Notes under the pieces: model-generated | Database searches by the model: none | What the model was told of the DNA's origin: nothing | The model's input: the letters and a program-made list of their open reading frames with translations, nothing else | Part shown: in pieces, positions 53,545-64,000 of the stretch | Layout of the letters: each line of letters begins with the position of its first letter | Numbering within the stretch: the stretch's first letter is position 1 | Assembly (NCBI RefSeq): GCF_006345805.1 | Contig: NC_043000.1 | Location: forward strand, 61,070,001 to 61,134,000 | Direction of reading: 5' to 3' | Source: Octopus sinensis | Lineage: Eukaryota | Length of the DNA: 64,000 bases | Translations under genes and position numbers: made by a program

Positions 53545-53790
53545 ATGTTTATATGTATGAATGTATTTATGTGTGTGTGTGTGGTTGTATTTGCCTTCCA
53601 TCACAGCTTGACAACCAATGTGGTTTTTTTCTAATTGCCCATATAACTTAGCGGCTTAGCAAAAGAGGCCGATTACCAAACTACCAGACTTTAAAAAAAT
53701 ACTGGGGACGTTTTGTTCGACTAAACCATTCTTTAGATGGTGCCTCAGCATAATCGCTGTCCAACGACTGAGACAAATAAAAGGTAAAAA
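53290..53790 (+). mobile_element. SINE family A, diverged, with an expanded internal (CA)n
   Basis: Head gaggcatagctttatggttaagaatctcg..gggttcagtctgactgcgtgacacc; tail gcttgacaaccaatgtgg..cgactaaacc..gtgcctcagcataatcgctg..gactgagacaaataaaagg. Confidence 0.7.
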
Positions 53791-55614
53791 TATATAATTT
53801 TTCCAGTATTTGCTGCAATACTTGTGTTGGGAGCTAATAATATCTGTGAGGCACTAAAACCAACAAATTTCAGGGAAGGTTTCATAGTCTGTGATCTTTT
53901 ACTTGAACAGATGCGCACCTATGGAAAATTTCAGCTACCTAGGTACAGAGTAGTGCAACATGGAAATGCACACATCAACTTTTATATGTGTATATGCGTG
54001 TGTGTGTTTGTATATATGTATATAAATACACACACACACACACACACGCACAAACACAAAGAAAAAAAGAGAATGAAAAAGAGAACGGGGAAAGAGGCAG
54101 AAAATGCGAAAGAAAGGCACAGAGAGGAAAAGAATTAATGAGGAAGAAAGTGTGACGAATGCCAAAGCGTGTGAGAATGAAGAATATAAAGAAAAAGAAA
54201 AGGCAAAGAGATGAACATCGTGGAATGGAATTTGTTAAAAAAAAACAAGAAACGTTAGAAGACAATGGAAAAGACTAGAAAAAAATCGCAAAAGAGAGAA
54301 GTAGTGTGTATCAATCTGTAGTAGTAGCATATGAAGAGTAAGAATTAATTTCTGAAGGCAGTGGATAAGGAGAGGTAGCAAGAAAAAACTGTACAGAGAA
54401 GTATCAAAATGTACGGAAAAGTATGAAAGAAGTAATGAAGAGTAACAAACAACTGCTGGGAGGAAATGAAGAAAAAAACAAAACAATATAAAACAGAAAT
54501 AATTACTAAACAAAATACAGATCGAAAAAGGAGAAAGTGATGTTGGTTGGGTAGGTATAGGGTGGAAAGTTAGTGATATGAAGTAATAAAAGAGATGATA
54601 GTTGAGATGAAAGTAAAGGACCAATTCTTGATGAGGCTGGCATGTATCGATCAAATGCAAACTATTAAGTGCAGAAAACACGTAAGAAAGAAAAGCAATC
54701 TAAAAACTGAAAGACAAAAACAAACCAAAAGAGAAATGTTAATTGATTGAAATGTTTTCATGATGGAAACAAAATTCCGAAAAACAATTTCTTTTATAGA
54801 AAATGGATGCTTTCTTTTTACATCCTAAATGTTTAAAAAATTTAAGCACCTCGAGATTATAAAATTCTTATACTTTATAGCAGTCAGTTGCTAGTGTCAG
54901 TTAGAGTTGATCGAATATTCCTGTCGTGACCATCCCGTTTTTCCTATATGTTAGAATCATGGGGCATGACAGCTATTTCTAGCAAGTTAAGAGGCCGTCT
55001 AGATGAGTCCTTTGTTTGCCGGATAGCATTCAGTTTTCTATATTCTAAAATTTCTTTGTATAATACCAACAGTGACGTCATAGTAGTTAAATTTTTTTTT
55101 GTTAAATTAACGTTTTTTGAATTTTCTCCAGCTGTAAGCAGCAACTGTGTATCGAAATTTTCTCATGTGTGTTAAAAGAAATTTGTGACTATTTTAATGT
55201 TGTTTGTAAGCGGAAATTAGAAATTTTAATGAATTTCTTAAAATCTGTTGAGAACTCAGCATGGCGCTTAACAGTATTCTGTTTAACAATAACTTTCGTT
55301 TGCAACTTAAAAATTACTCAGGAGTCAATAAATTAAGTAATGTAAATATTGAAAGCCGTAGGCTTCTTTAGTGAAGTGGAGTGTCATAGTGCTATGTTCC
55401 GAGTAATATCTCTTCTTATGTTTTCATGTCAATGGTTTTTCAAGCAACAAGAAAGTCAAAAATATTATTGTTTTAACATTACAGGCTGCTTTCTGGGATA
55501 TATCAAAAAGAAAAAGAAATTATGAATTTTTGTAGGATGTTGCGATATTCGTGACTTTTCACAGTAATTCAGTGAAATTCTTCCACACGCAAAATATTGC
55601 TTTCAAATTTTGGC

Positions 55615-55782
55615 ACAAGGCCAACAATTTCGGGGGAGGAGGTAATTCGATTACGTCGATCCCAGTGTTCAACTGGTGTTTCTTTTATCAACCCTGAGAA
55701 GATGAAAGGCAAAAATCATCCTTGGCGGAATTTGAACTCAGAACGTTAGCCCGCCGTGCTTACGATTCTGCCAGCTAGTTGC
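55615..55782 (-). mobile_element. SINE family B
   Basis: Colinear with 60807-61039, internally shortened. Confidence 0.75.
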
Positions 55783-55939
55783 TTTCCACTCATGAAATAC
55801 GAAAATGCAAAGAAATTTCGGGTGTATCATAAATCTTTTCAGGTCAACGGATATCCTTTTAAAACAAATATAATAAAGAATCGTAAGCGTAGAAGTATAC
55901 GGTGACAATAAATCCAACGATGATGGTTACAAAATTAAT

Positions 55940-56067
<128 letters not shown>

Positions 56068-56395
56068 GTATACAACGAATTATTAGCGCTAAGCAGTGTT
56101 TATGCATGAGCGGAATTAGGCAAGTTGAAACATGTTTGTCACGTATTTCAACTGCTAAAGGCAAATACACTGCAGTTTCCGTGGAGAAAAAAGAAATCTC
56201 TTTTATGGTAAAATGGTGTAAAAACACCCTGTCCGTTCAGTGTCCACATCTGTTAGGAATCTCAGATATCGATGTTTCAAGCTTCTTGGCTATTTTCGAT
56301 GAGATGCGTTCGAGAATTCCTTTATTTTCCGTAGAATGCTGACTCAATCGGCGCTTCTAAGTTTGTTTATAAATGTTCTCGCATATATATGTATG

Positions 56396-56427
<32 letters not shown>

Positions 56428-56453
56428 TGTATGTATGTATGTATGTATGTATG

Positions 56454-56530
<77 letters not shown>

Positions 56531-56876
56531 TGTGTGCGCGCGTGGTCCAAATATGTGTATATGTATGCAGGTCTTTGTGTTTGTTTCTGTGTGCTGGACA
56601 GTTGCTTTTAAATATTGAGAGGCAGCAAAAAAAAAAAATGTTCGAAAGGAAATGCACCAATCTCTAAAAAACAATTGCCGGGATAATTTCATTGACTAAA
56701 CTCTTCAAGGTGGTGCCCGCAGATTAAAGGACTGAAACAAGTATGAGAGCAAAAGAATAAACTCTCCAACTTTTATTCAATTTCCCGTATAATACCTCTC
56801 TGTTTTATCACCACTATACCTTTATTTCTCATACCATCCTTCAACGCTGATACATCTTCTATTATAATACTGTAAG

Positions 56877-57125
56877 GGTAAAGACCCCCTTTGCTCGTGA
56901 ATGACCATGTAATTGCACCAAGTTACTCTCCGAGGAACATGTCCAGGCAAAGTTGTTTATGAAAGACCAGCAATCGCCCACGTATGACAGTTTCACTTCT
57001 CCACGTCACCGATGTTATCCAAGGGAAAGTCAAACACCAATACGGCTTGGCCCCAGTGACATCGCAGCTCCTTTCTACATCTGAGTGAACTGGAGCAACG
57101 TGAAATAAAGTGTCTTGCTCGTGTC
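56877..57125 (-). mobile_element. SINE family D, headless
   Basis: Homologous to 35627-35870. Confidence 0.8.
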
Positions 57126-57380
57126 TAAATGAAATTTTACCAGAAATATTTTTTTGAAGAATTTGGAAGTGGAAAGCCATGGGAAATAATATTACTGAAC
57201 TTGCTTAATTTCATTAATTATTTGATTTTATTCTACATACTGTATTGGGTGCTTTAGAAACATTGTGGTTTGCTGGTACCTTTATACAATATATTTGACA
57301 ACCCATTACACAAATATACATACGTGCATACAATCACATATATGCACAGATGTGTATATATATATATATGTATGTATATA

Positions 57381-57640
<260 letters not shown>

Positions 57641-57642
57641 TG

Positions 57643-57702
<60 letters not shown>

Positions 57703-58360
57703 CGCGCACGCGTGTGTGTGTATATGCATATATACGCACATACATACATGCATACATTTATGCATCTACAGAAAGACCTGTAAGATTTACTGGAAGTAAG
57801 AGTTAAATCGTCCCCAAATGTCACTCTTACGCTTATATAACCTGCTTCATATTCCTACAACGAGGAGTTGGTCGTGAGCAAAAGCCTTAGCTCAAAGGCC
57901 TGACCAATGAATATTGATCAGAGGCTAAACAACAGCAAACGTCCATAATACAATAATCTTTGATATCATTTACCGTGCTTTAAGAGAATATTGTCGGAGA
58001 TAACACTTTTATTGTCGTTCACGTTTCATTAATTAATTAAACTAACGATGGGGCGCCAAAAATTGTTGAGGAAGCAGACTCTTGCAATATTTCATCTCTT
58101 CAGAACCACACGTGTTTCTTTATTTCCCATTTGCCCTAAGATCATATTACACACATACTCGTGCCAATACACAGGTGCAGACTCACATATATAAGCAAAC
58201 ATACATACAGATTTGTACGCATTTGTGTATGCATGTATACGAGTATATGTGTGTGTGTGTATTTGTGTGTATAATAGAAAATTTGTATTCTGTACTTCAT
58301 ATTTCTATTTTACTCACCCTCTCTTATTCTTCTTCTTTCCTACATCTCTCTCTGGCTCTG

Positions 58361-58459
<99 letters not shown>

Positions 58460-58576
58460 GTCTGTCTGTCTATCTTACTGTCTGTCTGTCTGTGATACAT
58501 TCACGCATGCTAGCGTGCAAATACATACATTACGGAAACTCATAACTAAATATGTATACACACATACATATATGAG

Positions 58577-59446
58577 CAGGGTGCAATGAATAAACTGTCG
58601 TTTAAATTGCGCAAAAATGAATATAAAACTGACATCTCATTTTAACAGATATATTTACTAAAATTACATAAAAATATCTTGGAACACTAAACAGTAAATT
58701 TGTTCAATAAAATCGCCATTCGCTTCTAACACGGTCTGCATATGACTTCGGAATCTCCTGCAACTCTTTAGGACAGTCTTCTTGTTTAAGTTAGTGAATG
58801 CTGCCATAAATCTTGCCTTCAGTTCATATTTGGCGTTACAAGTAGTTTTATGAGTCTCTCACTCAACTGCACCCGACACATTATAATCAAGGGGTTTCAG
58901 TCTGGGTAGTTAGGTGGCCAGAAGTTAGGAGTGACGTGGTCGCAGAAATTGTCTGACAGCCATGACTGGGCTCTTCTGCTCATGCGGCATGTTGCAGTGT
59001 CCTGTTGCCAGACATAGTGTCTTCTATCAGCCATCCTCTTGATCCAGGGCAATACTACCTCTTCAGGCACTTGATGTAGGCCTTCGTGTTCAGTTTGAGG
59101 CGTGCGGGAAGATGAATGGTCGCCATCATTAGTGATCACTCCAAACAATGATGTTGACTGGATTTTTGAATATTATCATTCTCGGTACATGTCCTCAGAT
59201 TGCACTGTCCTCAGATTGACACCTAAACACTGAAATGTTCGTATTGAAGCTTTCGGTTTGAATGTCAATTAGTACAGCATGTCATTTCCAAATCTCTGGC
59301 AGAGTGAATTGCGTCATGATGCTGTTTTTCTTACAGACGGTGCCCAGTTGACCCTACTATATTGTGTAGTTGACAAAATCAAAAACAAAAAATGCGCGTA
59401 CGCGAAGTAAAAATATAAATGGCGACAATTTACCCATCGTAGCCTG
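58577..59446 (-). mobile_element. Internally deleted Tc1/mariner-superfamily transposon, DD37D (maT-type)
   Basis: Minus-strand remnant reads FGVITNDGD..LEEVVLPWIKRMADRRHYVWQQDTATCRMSRRAQSWLSDNFCDHVTPNFWPPNYPD(CN)PLDY..., with 37 residues between the QQD and PLDY aspartates across one frameshift. Diverged TIRs at 58577-58600 and 59423-59446 (17/24 identical). Confidence 0.85.
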
Positions 59447-60004
59447 CATATGTATGTATACGTGTGTGCGTGTATGTGTGTGTATATATGTGTGTGTTTG
59501 TATGTGTATGTATGTGTGTGTATTTTGCGTATCTACGTATAGTCTTCAAATATTATGAAAGTACTAGCTTGGAGATTACTTCTGGTTTCATTTATTTATC
59601 CTATAACTAATAGTAGCAAGTCTCCATCATAACTGGAAATCTATGAAACAAATTATTGCTGAACATATCAACAACATAAATCTCAGAGCCTGGTCACTGA
59701 ATGTGGTGGTTCTAAATAATCAAATCTCGATGAGAATGTGCTACCAGAAAATACTTTTCATTAGACGTGTCAACGAGAGAGAAACCCTGGCTTTGCTTGT
59801 CTTTTGACTTTATGTTTGAAAGACAAGGGATATCACACATGATCCATAGGAACGCAATTTTGATGCATTCTTAGATATTCACATACGGATACATTATATG
59901 ATTCTAACTTTTTCTCTTATCTCAGGGGATCGTCCAGTTGTTTAAAAATATATTACAATTTGACACTGAACGCTGTTGTTATTGAAGTTAAATTCTGTTC
60001 TATT

Positions 60005-60393
60005 GGATGGAAGCACTCCGTCGGTTACGACGATGAGGGTTCCGGTTGATCCGATCAACGGAACAGCCTGCTCGTGAAATTAACGTGTAAGTGGCTGAGC
60101 ACTCCACAGACACGTGTACCCTTAACGTAGTTCTCCGGGGATATTCAGCGTGTCACAGAGAGTGACAAGGCCGGCCCTTTGAAATACAGGTACAACAGAA
60201 ACAGGAAGTAAGAGTGAGAGAAAGTTGTGGTGAAAGAGTACAGCAGGGATCTCCACCACCCCCTGTCGGAGCCTCGTGGAGCTTTTAGGTGTTTTCGCTC
60301 AATAAACACTCACAACGCCCGGTCTGGGAATCGAAACCGCGATCCTACGACCGCGAGTCCGCTGCCCTAACCACTGGGCCATTGCGCCTCCAC
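60005..60393 (-). mobile_element. Full-length SINE family C with perfect 11 bp TSD
   Basis: TSD tctgttctatt at 59994-60004 and 60394-60404; head (reverse complement) gtggaggcgcaatggcccagtggttagggcagcgg..gtttcgattccc. Confidence 0.95.
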
Positions 60394-60806
60394 TCTGTTC
60401 TATTACCAGAGGAAGCAAACAAAAACAACTGTTTTGAAAAAAAGTGATGCTTTTAAGGATCAAATTTTTACCTACCAGGTAAAAATGTGCCAATGTTTAC
60501 ATTAGAAAAGGATTTAGCTTCAAACAATACCAGCCAAATCTCACTGAAAACCTACTCTGTGGCATTACCGAACATATTATATTATATAGTTTTGGAGATA
60601 ATAGGTTTGGAAATAAAATAGAATGTTCAAGACTGGAAAGTCTTTGGCCAAAAATATACTTTATCAATAGTGATCTAGACCAATCAACAATAATTATATA
60701 GTCGATTCACCTACTAGAAATATGCACCGTATCTTTATCATATCATGCTCCACCTCCTTAAACATAGGAAGGACACATTAGACAGTGTAGTCGTCTTACA
60801 AGTATA

Positions 60807-61039
60807 TATATTTCTTTACTACCCACAAGGGGTTAAACATAGATGGGACAAACAAGGGCAGACAAAGGGATTAAGTCGATTACACGACCCCAGTGCGTAA
60901 CTGGTACTTAATTTATCGACCCCGAAAGGATGAAAGCAAAGTCGACCTCGGCGGAATTTGAACTCGGAACGTAACGATAGACGAAATACGGCTTCGCATT
61001 TCGCCCGGCGTGCTAACGTTTCTACCAGCTCGCCGCCTT
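60807..61039 (-). mobile_element. Full-length SINE family B with 16 bp TSD (1 mismatch)
   Basis: tcgtcttacaagtata (60791-60806) and tcgtcttactagtata (61040-61055); head (reverse complement) aaggcggcgagctggtagaaacgttagcacgccggg. Confidence 0.93.
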
Positions 61040-61628
61040 TCGTCTTACTAGTATAATGACAAAATGGTCAAAGCTACTTCACCGAGTTGATCGGGAATGA
61101 CAACGGAAATAGGACCAAAGGCGATGCCACAAACAACACCAAATACTACACAAGACAACACATGCAGGAACCTCTTCGTTGTCACTCTACCTGTTGTAAA
61201 TATCAAATGGACTTTCCTGTGATCGCACCTTAACGCTTTGAAATCATGAGAGATGCAACGGACTATGTTATGCCTGGGCTAACCAAAAATGATGAATACA
61301 TAAAAATTGTGTAAATGATTATGTGCGTATAAAATTGCGGACAAAACACTTATGGATCTTGAATTTGAACCCATTGGTTACGCTTTCTTTCCGAGTAGAA
61401 GTTCGTTAGTGATGATTAAATACATACATGCATTAAAGAAAAATAGTTATAGTGACTTCGAGGTTGCATCGGTTGTGGCTCCGACACCTCTAATGGAACT
61501 ACAACTCGCAAAAATAAATCATTGTGTCATAACCTTGTCAAAATAAATATGATACTCTTCTTAAACTTTCTACGTAATCCTTCAGATGTAAGTCATGCGT
61601 ACGCACTCGTACACTTACAAAAATCCGT

Positions 61629-61669
<41 letters not shown>

Positions 61670-61932
61670 GAATTATTTTCAATTGGTCATGAAAACCCTA
61701 ATTTTGTGGTGCGGGTAGAAACGTTGGACATCTTTAAAGACAGGAATTCAGACTTGCGAATGTGATTAATGTGAAGAGAATGTTTTGCTATCCACCACTC
61801 GCTGTGTATATACATATTTAAACATGTTTATACATAAATGCATAAAATTCACATACACACACAGAGATGAGCACATTATAACATACTTATATACAGATAG
61901 TCACGTATTCAATGTTATTATAAGTTTATACA

Positions 61933-62150
61933 CGAGGCGGTGAGCCAACAGAATCGTTAGCACGCCAGGCAAAATGCTTAGCGGCATTTGGTCTGTCTTC
62001 ACATTCTGAGTTCAAATTCTGCCTAGGTTGACTTTGTGTTTCATCCTTTCTAAGTCGATAAAATAAGCACCAGTTAAAAACTGGGGTCAATGTAATCGAT
62101 TTATTCGCCCCTCAAAATTTCTGCCCTTGTGCCCAAATTTGAAACCATTA
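61933..62150 (+). mobile_element. SINE family B
   Basis: gaggcggtgagccaacagaatcgttagcacgccaggcaaaatgcttagcgg..tttcatcctttctaagtcgataaaataagcaccag. Confidence 0.85.
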
Positions 62151-62889
62151 TACGTTTATACATACATTACGTTATTTACACACGTAGACTGCGGCATACA
62201 TAAAAAAAAAACATCTGCGGCACAGATAAAACCATGTATATACATATGTTCGTATCTATGTATGAACATTTATATAAAAATGTGCGTGTCTTACACATAA
62301 ATCTGATAGATCATTGAATTAATTAAGTGTCGCAGAAATAACCTAAATTAATAATCTCTTTTGATGCTTTAGTTCTACTTTCTGAAACGTTTCAGAACCA
62401 AATTTTTGCGTCAATGTTTGATAATCCATACCTCTTTGATCCAGAATACACGTTAATCAATGATTTTAGCTTTCAAGTCAGAAACAGCATGTAATTATAT
62501 CAGTATTACTCTATTATTTTAAGAATTTTTCACTGAAATCTATGCTAATGTGGGCTCTGATATTTTTCCATAATTAAGATCAGCTTCGTAATTACCTCCC
62601 CTCGCTAAAATGATTTGATAGAGAGATGATGCTTGAATTTTATTATAGTTAGTATTCTTTCGTGGGATTTAAAGGTAACTTCGCTTCGTTGATGAATAAG
62701 TAGTAATGAAATAATGGTGGCTTGAAAGAAATTATAATAATAAGGACACTTTAAAGTAAACAGTCAAAAATATTTAGGCATAGGTTGACGTACATATCTA
62801 GCTGGCCGACAGGTTCAGGTTCAGTGATAAAGGTATGTCCGTTGACATGTATGTACGGCATATGTATGTATGTAGGTAGATATGTATGT

Positions 62890-62906
62890 ATCTCTATCTA
62901 TCTATA

Positions 62907-62999
<93 letters not shown>
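62890..62999. repeat. (TATC)n microsatellite
   Basis: Directly visible. Confidence 0.97.
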
Positions 63000-63294
63000 G
63001 TTTCTTTGTCCGTCTTTGACTGTCGTAATACATTATCATAGAGAGGACCGTGTTTTCGACTCAATGGTATCTTTGTTTCCTTTGGTTGTAGGATGCTTAC
63101 AATGTATGGCAACTTTGAAATCCTGACTTTTATTTCTTGACTTTGAGTGAGGTGACCTTCATACTATGAATTTAGGTCATTTAAGGAATGCTTTTGTGCT
63201 TTATTTGCAATCTATGAATTCAAAGATCTTATTGATTTTATTTAGGTATAATCTAGGTCATGGAATAATGAAACTGTGTCTCGATTTCTTGCAG

Positions 63295-63328
63295 GCTGTT
63301 AGCGAAGCTGAACAAGACAACTGGATTA
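63295..63328 (+). CDS. Candidate 34 nt coding exon resembling the C-terminal helix of a PH domain (AVSEAEQDNWI)
   Basis: Acceptor tctcgatttcttgcag, donor GTATGG. The peptide fits the PH-domain A-x-S-E-x-E-x-x-x-W-I helix pattern (compare IRS-1 ADSEAEQDSWY). Only 11 aa, so tentative. Confidence 0.4.
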
Positions 63329-64000
63329 GTATGGGAATAAAGAGTTCCTGGATTTATTGATATTTGACTGTTGAAACTCGGTCGAATCTCGTAGCATAAG
63401 TTTAATGAACTTATCCTCAGTAGGGATGTTTCGATACGATCTGCATAGAACACTCCTCTTTGATTAACTTTCATATAGGATCTTCTTATCTGTTCTCAAA
63501 TCTGATCGTCAGGCAAACTGTATCTACCCGTATAGTTACAATTACTTTAAAAATTTAGAAAACAAAATTATAAGTTTCAAACTTGATTAATCTGCAAAAT
63601 ATTTCCCTTAGAATGTAAAGTTTTTCTGAACATATTTAAGGCGTGTTTTAAAATTAATCTGTTACTTTTGTTTCATATTTAATTTGATTATCCTCAAGGT
63701 CTTAATAATTCTGAAAGTATAAATCTATTAATCATATGTCATGTACGATTGTCTTTATGATTATAAATTTGCACAAGGATAGTAAAATATATATCGTGTT
63801 GCATATTTTTTGGGAAATAAAGCTATTTGTTTATTTCTCTTGCCGTTCATATATTTGAAATTTCATTACTTTTTGCCTGAGAATTGATCATATGTTATTA
63901 TTTGAAATTAGTAAGAATAGTCTTTTAAAACTATATCCAAGCTTCTCTGTGTTCATTTGAAATCCTGATAATTACACCCATGATGTTTAGGTACTTCAAA

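Overview
This is AT-rich eukaryotic DNA, crowded with microsatellites and retroposons. The repeat repertoire (tRNA-headed SINEs, CR1/L2-type, RTE, R4/Dong and Penelope-like retroelements, and a DD37D Tc1/mariner) fits a cephalopod, probably Octopus, intergenic or intronic region. That assignment is inferred, not searched. No intact host protein-coding gene can be supported, and most entries in the ORF track are translated simple repeats. The recognisable coding remnants all come from transposable elements: a near-complete but broken LINE ORF2 (3317-6299), two R4/Dong-like endonuclease fragments, a Penelope RT remnant, an RTE 3' fragment and an internally deleted maT/DD37D transposon. The most notable observation is a type I minimal hammerhead ribozyme (52611-52671) in the loop of an ~270 bp foldback. 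Other observations include several further long or zero-loop palindromes (38264-38660, 43193-43557, 50000-50056, and an inversion inside a SINE at 38998-39035), a LINE/SINE shared 3' tail with a compensated stem-loop, an R4-like element nested in the internal microsatellite of a SINE, a Helitron-like 3' terminus, and a candidate PH-domain micro-exon near the right end (63295-63328). All coordinates were read by eye, so repeat boundaries are approximate unless TSDs or TIRs are given.
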